A stretch of DNA of 64,000 nucleotides, from contig NC_083292.1 of the NCBI RefSeq assembly GCF_963506605.1, forward strand, positions 31,558,001 to 31,622,000. Reading direction: 5' to 3'. Each line of letters opens with the position of its first letter. Position 1 is the first letter of the stretch. Positions 36,523 through 49,026 of the stretch are shown piece after piece. The notes under the pieces were generated by a model. The model saw only the letters and a program-made list of their open reading frames with translations. It had not been told where the DNA came from and did not search any database. The translations under genes and the position numbers were made by a program. Source of the stretch: Zootoca vivipara (Eukaryota).

Positions 36523-37602
36523 TCCCTTCGGGGAGAATATTACTGGTACAAAAGATAGATAAAAATTTGTTCTTTATTGTTTGGTGCTAAACTATAATTC
36601 ATCCTATTTCATGAGAATATGATTTTTTTTCTCAACGTTGTGTGTAAGCTCGAATTGTTTTCTCATGTCTCAAAGAAATACACCCGTTAATACCGTAAAT
36701 ATGTTTGTTTCTTCTTAAGGGTTGGAATGACCCCTCGGAGGCCATCTATTCTAGCCGAACCGCCTCCAATGCAGGACTCTTTTGCCCAAGGGTGTGTGTG
36801 GCGGCTCTTGAACTCACAATCCTGAAGCTGAGTCTCATGCTCTACCGACTGAGCTATTCCAGCATGCTCATTCACATACTCATAAAAACAAAGGGCTTCG
36901 ACCCCATAACAATGTTTGAAGCTTTGGGAATTCGTGTCTGCAACGTAGACGTGCCACATAAGATCCATTCTGCATTTTTAATAACTCAAGTCTCTTAGGG
37001 TGGCAGCACAAGTACACTTTGGAACTCCCTGCCTATTGATATCAGGCTTTCGTTCTACTTTTTCAGTGCCTGCTAAAAACATTTTTGTTCCTGCAAGCGT
37101 AGGCAAGTTTTTATACAGTCGATGAGGGTTTTAATCTGTTTTTAGTCGAATGTTATTTTAACGTTTCAAAAGTCTTGAATAGCAGAACTCTTTGAGGGGT
37201 TTAGCGGTGTATAAATTTTATGAACTAAAATAAATAAATTCGAGGAAGAATCGCAACAGCACCGCAGCCCCATAAACACGAACAAGCAACCTTAGCAAAA
37301 CCCAAACAGCAAACGAAGCAATAAAAACCCACTCAAATTGGCAGATAACGAGAACCTCAACCCGCTTCCCTAGTACGCATCGGTGCGGTGGGTCCGTGCT
37401 CCCTCCAAGAATTACCGTAGTCAACATTTCTCCTCCCACGTGGCAGAGCAGTAGCGAAACACATCAGGGAAATGGTGGCAAAAGTTTGACCTGCTTTGCA
37501 ATTGACCCAGATGCCGATGTTCTCTTGCTTTGCAGCGCTGAACTACTTCCTCCTTGTACTCTCCTTAGCTCCTCCTTCCCCCTTCCTCCCGCCCCCCTGA
37601 AG

Positions 37603-37708
37603 ATGGCTGCAGCAACAGCAGCAAGCTGGCTGAAAGGTCCTCCGGGTGTTTTCAGGACCCTCTTGTGCTCCTCGCTTTCTTCTGCTTCTTCCTCTTCCTC
37701 TTGGTCAG
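37603..37708 (+). CDS. CSKMT: CSKMT first coding exon, mitochondrial presequence-like (MAAATAASWLKGPPGVFRTLLCSSLSSASSSSSWS)
   Basis: aagATGG, CAG|gtgggt donor, phase 1 joins in frame to 39578; Ser/Ala-rich with no acidic residues. Confidence 0.75.
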
Positions 37709-38439
37709 GTGGGTGCCTCTCGCGCCAAGGAGAGGAGGGAGGGCAGGGAGCTTTTGCACAATCAAGGTTTGCAAAAGGCTCCTTTCAAGGGATCCGAGCA
37801 TTGATCCCGATCTGCTCGCATCAAACTTAGACCGCGGCTGGGCTCTGGATTTGGAGATTGTTAGATGGTGTTGCCTGTTCGAATGAGGGTTTGCTCTGAA
37901 TGCAAACGCGCCATACATCTGAAACACACGTGCTCCTCAAAGATTTCTGGGAGCTGTAGTTTGTTAAAGGGGTGCCGGGAATTGTAGCTTTGTGAGGGGT
38001 AAGATGCAGTTTCCCAGGATTCTTTGTGCACAACCACAGACCGAAGGCACCCCAAAGAGGAATGCTATGCTATGTAAAGAGTCTTATGCTGTTTATCTGC
38101 ATTTTTTTTATGTGTGTGTACACGCGCACACACAGACACAATTGGTCTGAGAACATCAGGTGCAGAAGCTAAGCAGTTTTGTGCTTCATCAGTCCTTGGA
38201 TGAGAGATCATGGCATGTAAGAGCAGGATCTAAGTTCAAGTTATTATTTCCCCAAAAAAACATTTTTAAAAAAGAATATAACCAATCTTTTCCCCCCTTC
38301 TCCTCCAATGGTGTTTTTGCATTGGCAAATCTCACAGTTTGCCTTGAGCATGCTGATTCCTTCCTCTTGGTTCTTGGTGGTCCCATTTTAGCTGCATTTC
38401 AGTCAGCACACAACACCTGTGTTCATAATTGGAGGGAAT

Positions 38440-38810
38440 AAAGGTGCTGACCTTTAAAGCCCTAAATGGCCTCTGCCCAGTATACCTGAAAGAGCGTCTC
38501 CACCCCATCGTTCTGCCCAGACACTGAGGTCCAGTGCCGAGGGCCTTCTGGCGGTTCCCTCGTTGCGAGAAGACAATTTGCAGGGAACCAGGCAGAGGGC
38601 CTTCTCGGTGGTGGTGCCCGCCCTGTGGAACGCCCTCCCATCAGATGTCAAAGAGAAAAACAGCTACCAGATTTTTAGAAGACAGCCTGTTTAGGGTGGC
38701 TTTTAATGTTTAATAGATTATTTTATTTCATTTTTCTGTTGGTAGCCGCCTAGTGTGGCTGGGGAAGCCCAGCCAGATGGGCGGGGTATAAATAATAAAT
38801 TATTATTATT
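38440..38810 (+). mobile_element. LINE (L2-like) 3' end with (TTA)n tail; related copies 28484-28690(-), 32375-32480(-), 48790-49035(+)
   Basis: Shared gccgcccagagtggctggggaaacccagccagatgggcgggg followed by microsatellite tail. Confidence 0.7.
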
Positions 38811-39577
38811 AGACTAGAATAGATGTTCCTCAGCGTCCCTTCCCACTCTGATTCCAACTCTGAATTATGCCTTTAGAAAATGGCTACCCCAAGGGAGTCC
38901 CACAGAAGGGCAAAAGCAGCCTTTTAAGGCACTGAGGCCCAGTCCCAACATCCTGTTTGTAGCTTATGCATGATTATTTGTGCTTATCATGACCGTGTTG
39001 GGGCAATTGTATGCAATCCAGCTTTCAATACAGTTTGAGCCTGCAAAAGTCCTGGGGCAGCCACACTGCTTCATCCCAAATTGGCGCATAATGCTGCAAC
39101 CTTCTGCTTGAATCCTGTAACATTTTATATCACAAATCTTCTGGTTTATTTTTGTCCTGCAATGATGATGATGATGATGATGATTTTCTCGAATTATAAA
39201 ACAAATGAGAACATAACGAACACAATTAGGGAATGTACATCAAATGATAAATTTGAATATACATCAAATAATAAATATCCTACTTTTGTTACGGGGGGGT
39301 TGGACTAGAACAGATGAACCTTGGGGTCCCTTCTCTACGATTCTAAGTCACAAAAAATGGGCTGGTTAGTGCCAAGGGAGTAAACCACCTTGGATTTAAC
39401 TTCTGAGTAGTAAATATGTGTAGGATTGCGCTCTGGAGAATACCCTGTGAAATAGGAAGCCTGCGTGTTTCGTTTTAAATTTTGTGGGGTCAGAGAAAGG
39501 CAAGGCAAGCTGAGGTCCAGCAGATATGTGGCCTCGCAGTTGACATGCGGCACCTTCTGCCTTTATCCATCTTCCAG

Positions 39578-40245
39578 GTGATCTCCTTCGGCAAATGGAC
39601 CGGCGTGACGCCTGGGACCGCTTCTACACCGCTAAGGAGAAAGGAGCTTCGTGTCCTGGCCACTTCGACTGGTTCTTTTCCTACGAAGATGTCTCGGGGT
39701 TCCTGCTCTCCTTCCTTCAGAGCTCGCTGGCCGGCCGGACCCAAATCCTAGACGTCGGCTGCGGCACATCTGCTTTAAGTCTGGGGCTCTTTCGAGACTC
39801 GCCCCGGCAACTTCGCATCTCGTGTTTGGATTTCTCCCCTCCAGCCATTGACTCCCTGCGACAGCTGGTGAGGGAGAGCCCCCCGCCGGGGCACCCCCTT
39901 TCAGAACTGCACTGCTACCTGGCCGATGCCACTGCTTTGACCAGCACCTTCGAGGAGGGATCGTTCCACCTCGTACTCGACAAGGGGACCTGTGATACGC
40001 TGCTACGATGCCCCCAGGGCCCGGGCAGAGCCAAGACGTTGGTGTCAGAGTGCCTGAGGGTGCTGAGGCCCACAGGCAACCTTCTTCAGTTTTCCGATGA
40101 GGATCCGGACGCCAGGGTACCGTTTTTGGAACAGGCAGGTGGGGGGAAAGTTACCGTGAAGGAAATCGCGCATATCAGTGGCATCTGTTACTATGCTTAC
40201 ATACTAAGCCCAGGCTCTTCAGGGACTCGTGGGGCTGTCAAATAG
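39578..40245 (+). CDS. CSKMT: CSKMT/METTL12 citrate synthase lysine methyltransferase, main exon
   Basis: FDWFF, ILDVGCGTS (SAM motif I), LDFS, LDKGT, ECLRVL, QFSDEDPDAR motifs; cttccag acceptor. Confidence 0.95.
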
Positions 40246-41770
40246 AAGAGGAACCGGAAAATTCTATCCTGTGGGGTGGAGGAAAACCTTTGAGGCCAGC
40301 CGGGGTTTAGAAATTGGGTGCTAGCTAATGCTCTTCAAGGAATCGATCGTGTAGTGTGGCAGCATCTGCTCTCTGGAACTCCTTGCCACTTGACTTTAGG
40401 CAGGCGCCTTTGTTGTGCTGTTTTTAATGTCTGCCAAAAACTTTTCCGTGTAAGCAAGCCTACCCAGGGAAGGAAGAGCTGGAAGGGGGGAAACAACAGG
40501 AATGGCAAAAGGGAATGAAAATGAGCCGGTTGAGAGTTATTCTCATTTATTATATTTCTCACCCACCCTTCACCACCAGGCTCCAGGGTGGGTTACAACA
40601 AATTAAAAATACGTTATTTTAAAATAAGTTACAACGAATGACAGTCGAGAGAATAGGATGGGTTCTAAGATATACATACCAGTATATATCTGAGGTGTCA
40701 AAGAGGTTGATCTTCGGCATATGACAAAAATTACATAATGCAGGTGCCATACACAACTCTGTGGGGAGGAATTTCACAACTGAGGGGCTGCCACAGAGAA
40801 TGTCCTTGCCCAGGCCTCCACCACCACCCCAAATTTTTGAGGGTGGTGGAACTACCAGCAGGGGCCCCTCTGCCAACCCTAACACTCGAGAGGCAGCCAT
40901 CCAGATACCGGTTATTTGGGGCCTAAGTAATTGAGAACCCCAGACATTATCCTGGCTGTTGCATTTTGGACTATTTGACGTTTCCAAATTATCTTCAAGG
41001 GCAGCCCCGCATGCAGTGTGTTGCAGTAATCCAGCTGGAAGTTACCAGAGTGTGGAATACAGTGGCCAAGTCATTTCTGTCCAAAAGCTGGATCCAGGAG
41101 TTACCATCAAGCTATACAGAGATGCTTCTTCTAGCTGCATGTATATAGATTTAGGCGCAGGCAAAAAACCAAAGGTGGAGAACCCCCTTTCGATTTGAGG
41201 GCCACATTCTCTTTTAGACAGCCTTTTGGGGGCCTAGGGGGGAAGCAGGTGTGTGTGAGGAGCAGAGGTGACTGGAAAGAGTCCCAAGGGCCAGACAGAG
41301 ATGTGAAGGCCTGGGGGGAATGTTTTTTTATATAAAATAAAATAAAATAATAATATTATTATTCCATGCTTTTTTCTCCCAAGCCTTCACATTTCTACAC
41401 CTAGAGAGTCACATGTGCCTCTCCCGCCCCAGTTTAAGCCAAGAGCTAAATGGAAAAGGAGATGGCACCATGCAGGAATTGTGGGGAGGAGCTTCAGGCC
41501 TAATCCTCTGCTGACAGACGCTCACCCCCGGTTGATAGAATGATGCTGGTCGCCTTTGCCATGTTTGTCTGCAGGCCCCTTTGCCTGGGCTGTCTGCCAC
41601 CCCTCCGAGAGACACCTCAAAACAAAACAGCAGGAAGCCACTTTTGCTCCTTTCCAAGGCGATGCCCCAGAGTCCCTTTCCAAGACGTTGCCAAGTCGTG
41701 ATTAGACGTGGGTGGCGTTGGGAAAGTGCCGTTTCTGTCCACCTGTCCCAGGGAAACGTCGTGCAGAACG

Positions 41771-41814
41771 TTACAGAAGCACCTCCTCCACATCGCTGTC
41801 GAAAGATGACAATC
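41771..41814 (-). CDS. LBHD1: Probable last coding exon of LBHD1 (GLSSFDSDVEEVLL*)
   Basis: Strong polypyrimidine plus ccaag acceptor, phase consistent, acidic tail. Confidence 0.55.
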
Positions 41815-41890
41815 CTTGGAAAACAAGAAAACAGGAAGAGGGGGAAGGAGGTTATAGTCGGAGCTGGGTAACCTGAAAATCTCTCGCAAA

Positions 41891-42385
41891 TAAGTGGGAC
41901 AGGTACAGAAAAAATATAGTAAAAGTTTAATATCTATGCCAGCATTCGAGTGATTGAGGATAGTTAAAGAGTTGCACTTACAAAATGGAGGATGCACAGT
42001 GTTGTTAGAATGTATTGGATAATAATTTATAGGAATGGTTACTAAGCGGAGTACGTTCATTTTCAAGAAATATGTATATGCATTGAGAATTATCAGGAAG
42101 TCAAAACTCAATTTTTCTTTTCCTTTTTCCCCCTTTCTTTTTTCTTTTTCCTTTTTCGTTTGCGGTTGACTCCCTTGTGCTTGCGTCTAAGGGTTGATAT
42201 AAAATAAGATGACAAGGGACAAAGAGGGTAGAGAATATTTCTATTTTGGTGTGGGAAAGGGTGACAGTTAAGGAAATGTTGGTGTAACAGTGTGTAAGAA
42301 CAAATGAATATTTTTGGGTTTTTGATTTATGACTTTTGTATCTATGTTGCTTTTTGTATTGGTAAAAATATGCAAGAAAAGAAAA
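41891..42385 (+). mobile_element. 5'-truncated L1-like 3' end inside LBHD1 intron (antisense)
   Basis: 16-bp TSD GAAAATCTCTCGCAAA, T-rich 3' UTR, A-rich tail. Confidence 0.7.
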
Positions 42386-42488
42386 GAAAATCTCTCGCAA
42401 AGGATTCTGTGCCGTGTTCACTCAGTAAAGTGTGGCATACTAGGGTGCTATTTTTCTAGAAAAAGAGGTGCCATGAGCGTCTCCCTTG

Positions 42489-42521
<33 letters not shown>

Positions 42522-42732
42522 CCAACCTTCATCAAAGGATCTGAGGGCGGTTCACAAGAATAAAATACAAGCTAAAACATAAGTAAATAATTAAACCAAA
42601 ACAACGAAAATAACAGCAATGGCGCCCACCAGAGAGGTGCCAGAACTGAGCTCCAGCAAGTTCTGGCTGAAAAAAGGCCCACCCTCGGATCAAGTTGGGA
42701 TTTGGGGGGGTGGGCACTAGTAGGGCACTCAC

Positions 42733-43147
42733 CTGCCCCCAAGGCCTCCTCGCCGTCAGCAAAGAGCTCGTCTTGCTCAGCCTCCTCCAGCAACGTGAAG
42801 TCGGGGGGCCACCGCAGCTCCCCGCTTTCCACATCGCCCCCTTCGCTGGGTTCCACTACAATGGAGGGCAGGCGAGACTTGCCTGGCCATGTCCCCACAT
42901 AACGCTCCTCTTCATACAGCCTCCGGGAGGCTGGCCCCTTGAAGACACTCTCACACAGTTCCTCGCATGGCACTTCTGGGCACTGGCCCCCGCAAGGGTC
43001 TGCCCGGACACACATCTCCTCACACGGCAGCTCAAGGGGGTCCCTGGACATCTCCTCGTAGGTCTCGCCAGGGAGGTCGCCACATGACTCCGAGGGGGAG
43101 CTCCGGAAGGGGTCTGCCCCCAGGCCCTGGGGAGGGCTTAGGAAGAG
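42733..43147 (-). CDS. LBHD1: LBH-domain exon (RLPSIVVEPSEGGDVESGELRWPP)
   Basis: Signature LBH motif; ctctccag acceptor and gtgagt donor; synteny between CSKMT and UQCC3. Confidence 0.88.
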
Positions 43148-43603
43148 CTGGAGAGAGAAGTGCAGAAGAAGTTTTAACCCAAATCAAAGAACGGAAGAAG
43201 GCCTGTTCACCGGTTGACGAATTCAGGACTTGGGAGAGAGGCTGGGTGCTGCGCACCATGTGTTCAATTAAACCACGTGATTTCCCCCTAAGAATCCTGG
43301 GAACTGTAGTTCAGCAAGAGTGCAAGGAATAATAGGGGCAAAACTGCAAGTCCCAGGATTCCTTGGGGGAAGTCGCATGCTTTAAATGTGTGGTGTAGCT
43401 TTCAAGCAGCTTATTGATGGTCAGAGCGAGTTTGACAATGGAGCCAATGCCCCTAGAGCAGGCATCCCCAAACTGCAGCCCTCCAGATGTTTTGGCCTAC
43501 AACTCCCATGATCCCTAGCTAACAGGACCAGTGGTCGGGGAAGATGGGAATTGTAGTCCAAAACATCTGGAGGGCCGAAGTTTGGGGATGCCTGCCCCTA
43601 GAG

Positions 43604-43863
43604 CATGGGTAGGCAAATTAGGGCCCGGGGCCCGGATCTGGCCCAATCACCTTCTAAATCCGGCCTGTGGACGGTCCAGGAATCAGCGTGTTTTTACATG
43701 AGTAGAATGTGTGCTTTTATTTAAAATGCCTCTCTGGATTATTTGTGGAGCGTAGGAATTCGTTCACTTCTCCCCGAAAAATATACCATAGTCCGCCCCG
43801 CCCCCCCACAAGGTCTGAGAGACAGTGGACCGGCCCCCTGCTGTAAAAGTTTGCTTACCCCTG
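43604..43863 (-). mobile_element. hAT MITE resembling OposCharlie1 (OC1)-type; second copy ~29598-29899
   Basis: 8-bp TSD CCCTAGAG; CAGGGGT..GGGGGCCGGTCCACTGTC.CTCAGACC..GAACGAATTCCTA recalled as OC1-like. Confidence 0.65.
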
Positions 43864-44779
43864 CCCTAGAGAAATGGGTGGGTTCTCTCTTCCACCAGCG
43901 GAAGCGAGATAACCACCTGCTGGGCTGCTCTAGCTCAGCCATGGGGAATCTGTACCCCTCTCGATGTTGTTGGACTACAACTCCCTTCAGCTCTGACCAT
44001 CGGACATGCTGGCAAGGGGCTGATGGGAGTTGGAGTCCGAAAACCTCACTGGACTCCAACTCCCATCATCCCTTTGCCAGCTGGGGCTGATGGGAGCCGG
44101 GGGCTTAGCTGACCCCCAACTTTACAATTCTGCAGCTAGCAAATTGCTATGGATTTGGATAAGGTTTGTGTTGCTCACATCATCTCCAGTTTGCCATTTT
44201 CTTTCCATGTAAATAAAGCTCTTCTGATAAATAAAACTTGTTTGGGGTGGGGACTCCAATTGCAATAGACAAAGCAGCAGAGCTCACACACAGAGCCTCT
44301 GCTTTGAGCTAGCAGTTCAGCTCTTGCAAAGCTTGCCTTTGGATGTCCCAGTTGCCAAGACCCTAGTGAACAGGGAACATCAATGAGGACATTCACTGGC
44401 TTTCTGATTCGTGCTTTAGACACTGGATGAAGAAGAAGAAGAAGAAAAAGAGTTTGGATTTGATACCCCGCTTTATCACTACCCGAAGGAGTCTCAAAGC
44501 GGCTAACATTCTCCTTTCCCTTCCTCCCCAACAGCAAACACTCAGTGAGGTGAGTGGGGCTGAAAGACTTCAAAGTGTGCTAGCCCAAGGTCACCCAGCA
44601 GCTGCATGTGGAGGAGCGGGGAAGCAAACCCAGTTCCCCAGATTACGAGTCTACCGCTCTTAACCACTACACCGCACTGGCTCCCACACTGGATGAGAAG
44701 GATAAGGGAAGTTGCTCAACTTGCATAGGAGGGAATTATATTATCTGAAGACGGAGGTGGAGAGGTGTTCCCATCTTAC

Positions 44780-44968
44780 CTGGGTGTTCAAAGAAGGCGC
44801 TTGGTGGGAACTGTCCTCCCTGGCTGAGATCCACTGCATCTCCTGATCAGTGTTCGGACCAGGCTCACCACTCATGGCAGGATCCAGACCTCCTGTAGAC
44901 ATCTGGCACGCAGCACACGTTTCGGCCGGAGTTTCAGGGCCCTCACAGCCCCTCATCATTTCAGTCAT
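44780..44968 (-). CDS. LBHD1: LBH-domain gene first recognisable coding exon (MTEMM...SLNTQ)
   Basis: MTEMM resembles LBH MTEVMM; CAG|gtaaga donor, phase 0; true start may lie in an upstream exon. Confidence 0.7.
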
Positions 44969-45345
44969 GACTGCATCTGGGAGCAGGCACTCTCAGGAGG
45001 TCCAGGGAGACTCGAGCCCCTTCCAGCTTTTGAGACCCCATCCACAGCAAAAAAATAAAAATGAATATACATGCAAGCAAAACAAGACCTGAGAGGACAC
45101 AGGCACCGCAACCTAATCTTGTGTCATCAGAACCAACAGAGTTTTACAAGCGTTTTAAAAACTTTTATTATGTCAAGAATTATGGAAGCAGTCCTTTGTC
45201 AAGGGTGCAGAGAGATGTTGGGAGGCCCCTCACAGAACTACAGTTCCCAAAGAGGTACAACAATCATTATCTTTTCACGGGGAACTTGTAGTTCTGTGGG
45301 AGGAAGAGAGAGGTCTCTGAGCAACTCTCAGCACCCTTAATACAT

Positions 45346-45679
45346 AAAGGTCCAGTCGCGGACGACTCTGGGGTTGCGGCGCTCATCACTTTACAGGCCG
45401 AGGGAGCTGGCGTTTGTCCGCAGACAGCTTCTGGGTCATGTGGCCAGCCTGACAAAGCCACTTCTGGCGAGCCAGAGCAGCGTACGGAAACACCGTTTAC
45501 CTTCCCGCCGGAGCGGTACCTATTTATCTACTTGCACTTGACGTGCTTTTGAACTGCTAGGTGGGCAGGAGCAGGGACCGAGCAATGGGAGCTCACACCG
45601 TCGCAGGGATTCAAACTGCCAACCTTCCGATCGGCAAGCCCTAGGCTCTGTGGTTTAGACCACAGCACCACCCGCGTCC
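45346..45679 (-). mobile_element. Sauria SINE
   Basis: Reverse complement of the 8265 element. Confidence 0.85.
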
Positions 45680-45691
45680 ATACCCTCCAAC

Positions 45692-45934
45692 ATTGTTGTT
45701 GTTGTTTAGTCGTTTAGTCGTGTCCGACTCTTCGTGACCCCATGGACCATAGCACGCCAGGCACTCCTGTCTTGCACTGCCTCCCGCAGTTTGGTCAAAC
45801 TCATGTTCGTAGCTTCGAGAACACTGTCCAACCATCTCGTCCTCTGTCGTCCCCTTCTCCTAGTGCCCTCAATCTTTCCCAACATCAGGGTCTTTTCCAA
45901 GGATTCTTCTCTTCTCATGAGGTGGCCAAAGTAT
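45692..45934 (-). mobile_element. RTE-BovB 3' end
   Basis: ORF 45706..45918 and (CAA)n tail. Confidence 0.9.
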
Positions 45935-46593
45935 TAATCCAACATTAATCTGATTAAAAATAGGGATGTCTTAAGGAAAAGCAGCACATTCTGAGATCAA
46001 ATCAGAAACCAGAACGGCTTCTGAAAACCCTCGACTGTCCCTGTAATAACAAACAGCGGCTCCTCCCCCCTTTTTTAAAGGGGGAAGCCATGATTGTTTC
46101 ATGTTTTGCTTTGAATGTGAGGTGTGCATGCGGCCTCAGAATCGCTGCTGCCGTCCCTCTCTGATAGCGGAGAGCTCAGGGTGCAGCCGCTTAAGAAGGA
46201 TTAGGGTCTGAGTGCCCTGACTCTGGCCTGGGATCTCACGGAAGCGCTAAAGCGCTTTGTCCTCGTGGCCAGATAATCCTTCAGCCATAAGATATGCCCA
46301 CATATCCCATCACTGCATGTGGAGCAAAGGTGACGTGACCCCAGCATGCAGATATATATTCCTAAATGTACAAGGCAAACACACATGCATAAGTATTGTG
46401 TCTGAAATAGTACAGGAGAGCAACCCTGAAGCCATTTTGCCTTTCCCAAATTGACCTCAATAATTTCTCTGCGGGGAGGAAGGAAATGGGGAAAGCTTTT
46501 CAATTGTCTTTGGACTGTAGGGGCTTACACCTCCCTGTAAATACAGTCTGGCAAGTATCTGTTAAGCTGAGCACACTATCAATATGCTTAAGA

Positions 46594-47262
46594 CAGTGGT
46601 TCCCAACAGGTGGTCCGCGGACCCCCAGGGGTCCGCGAGCTATGCCAGAGGGGTCCGCAGGATGCTATTAGAATAAAAAAAATATTAAATATATTTCGTA
46701 TGATAACAGATTTTTTGTTTTGGCCGCTTCCTGCATGAGCAGAGTCTAGCGCAAAACTAGAATTAGATAGAGGCAGTAGTTCTGCTGTATGCCGTTAGGT
46801 GGCGCTTTACAAACACTACTGTTTTGCAAAGAGGCAGCGCGCGCATTCTACTAACGCTCACCTCCCCAAGATGCTTTGCGCGCGTCGGCTTCATTTGTGC
46901 GCTACTGCGCAGGTACCCTGTCTTCTCCATTCCCCTCCCTCCTCCCTGGCGCGCGCTGCCTCTTTGCAAAACAGTAGTGCTTGTAAACAAAGCGTCGTTT
47001 TTCGCGGAAGCTACAGTTCGCGTAGTTAAAAATGGACCGTTGGTTAAAAAGTGGTTCGTTAAAACAACAAAGGCCTACAGATGAAGAGGAAGATAATGCA
47101 CTTGATGTTCAAGCAACTGTAAAAAACGTATAAATATAAAATATAAAAAGACTCTTAATTTGGCTCTCACTTTTTAATTTTAGGATTAGGAATTAATGGG
47201 GATCCTTGTCACAATAGCGTCTCGATGAGGGGTCCTCGAGAAAATTTTGTTGGGAACCCCTG
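46594..47262. mobile_element. Non-autonomous hAT DNA transposon
   Basis: TIR CAGTGGTTCCCAAC/GTTGGGAACCCCTG, 8-bp TSD GCTTAAGA, internal ~38-bp inverted repeat. Confidence 0.88.
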
Positions 47263-47415
47263 GCTTAAGAGATTCAGGAACCCAGAAAAGGCAATCAGAT
47301 AATAAGGCGTTATCAGGTATCCTGGCAGACAGGAGAGAAGCAACACACTCAAATTTCAGCTGGAGACCACCTCTTTCTGTGATGTATGTATGATATTTTT
47401 GGGGGGTGGTCTTAA

Positions 47416-47770
47416 GGGACCCAGGTGGCGCTGTGGGCTAAACCACTGAGCCTAGGGCTTGCTGCTCAGAAGGTTGGCGGTTCGAATCCCCGCGACGGGG
47501 TGAGCTCCCGTTGCTTGGTCCCAGCTCCTGCCAACCTAGCAGTTCGAAAGTACATCAAAATGCAAGTAGATAAATAGGTACCGCTCCAGCGGGAAGGTAA
47601 ACGGCATTTCCGTGCACTGCTCTGGTTCGCCAGAAGCGGCTTTGCCATGCTGGCCACATGACCTGGAAGCTATACGCCGGCTCCCTTGGCCAATAATGCG
47701 AGATGAGCGTGCAACCCCAGAGTCGGTCACGACTGGACCTAATGGTCAGGGGTCCCTTTACCTTTACCTT
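47416..47770 (+). mobile_element. Sauria SINE
   Basis: Same head, body and ACCTTT tail. Confidence 0.85.
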
Positions 47771-48035
47771 GAGCTACAGGGTGGGCAATTTCAAAAGTCT
47801 ATATAAGAGCTTGCACACCTTTGTTCTGGGTTCCTCTCCTCCCTTCCTGCGTGGGGTGGCGAGCACCCTGTTGCAACAGTTTAATAAAGATCAGGCTTAC
47901 TAGCTGCTTTGCTTCTCAATATTCTCTGGTTGGCCTATTGTTATTTTCTCCTACTGATAGAGAACCTACTTAAGGGCTCTATACAGGCTCTTGGATACCC
48001 CATAAGGGGGAAATGAGCAGTTTTTTCTTATAACA
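47771..48035 (+). mobile_element. 3' part of an LTR
   Basis: TATATAA, AATAAA, ends TCTTATAACA. Confidence 0.55.
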
Positions 48036-48989
48036 GGGTGTTATTGTGGCAAAAATATTCCAGTTGGGAGAGTCTTCTCCCCCTGGAACTGAGATATTAT
48101 CCTCCTTCGGTGCATGGCAGACTCACTAAATGCAGGGTCTTATAAGCATAGCTGCCAAGTTCTCCCTTTTTTTAAGGGAAATTCCCTTATGCTGAATAGG
48201 CTTCCTCGCGAGAAAAGGGAAAACTTGGCAGCTATGCTTATAACTCCTGAAGCAACCCTAAACTCTAAGGGATTTGCAGCAATGTCAAAGTTGGGCTGGT
48301 CAGAATCTTCACCACATGTTGAAAACCTATACCACTTTAAGCAAGTTGTGGGTTCCCCCCAAGGATCCTGGGAACTGTCATTTGCGAAGGGGCGCTGAGA
48401 GGAGTTAGGAGACCCGTCATAGAGCTATAGCTCCCAGCACCCGTAACAAGCTACAACTCCCGAGATTATTGGATGGAAGGCAGAAAGTGGTAGAGATGTG
48501 CTTTAAATGGAGAGTGCGGGTGTGAGCGCTCTCAAGAGAAGCTGTTTGGGAACCTTGCCACATTAAACAAACAAACAAACAAACAAACAAACAAACATAT
48601 TATTGACACGCAGAAGTTAAAGAGGTGAAGCTTCCCCTCCCCACCTCAAATATTTTGTCTCTACCCTGAAGACAAGCTTCACTCTTCTTAAAAATAGTTC
48701 TGATGCACAAGGCACAGGAGCAGAACCAGAGGGGAAAGTTGCAATTGCAGAGTGTGTGGTATACCATGCTGAAATTCTCATTTCCCGCACTGTGGAACGC
48801 CCTCCCACCAGATGTCAAAGAGAAAAACGACTACCAGACTTTTAGAGGACATCTGAAGGCAGCCCTGTTTAGGGAAGCTTTTAATCTTTAAGAAATTAGT
48901 GTATTCTAATATTTCTGTTGGAAGCCGCCCAGAGTGGCTGGGGAAACCCAGCCAGATGGGCGGGGAATAAATAAATTATTATTATATTA

Positions 48990-49026
<37 letters not shown>

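Noticed and set aside
37788-37920. Two hairpins ending in ACA in the CSKMT intron
   Set aside because: No ANANNA H box in the hinge and no clear rRNA pocket
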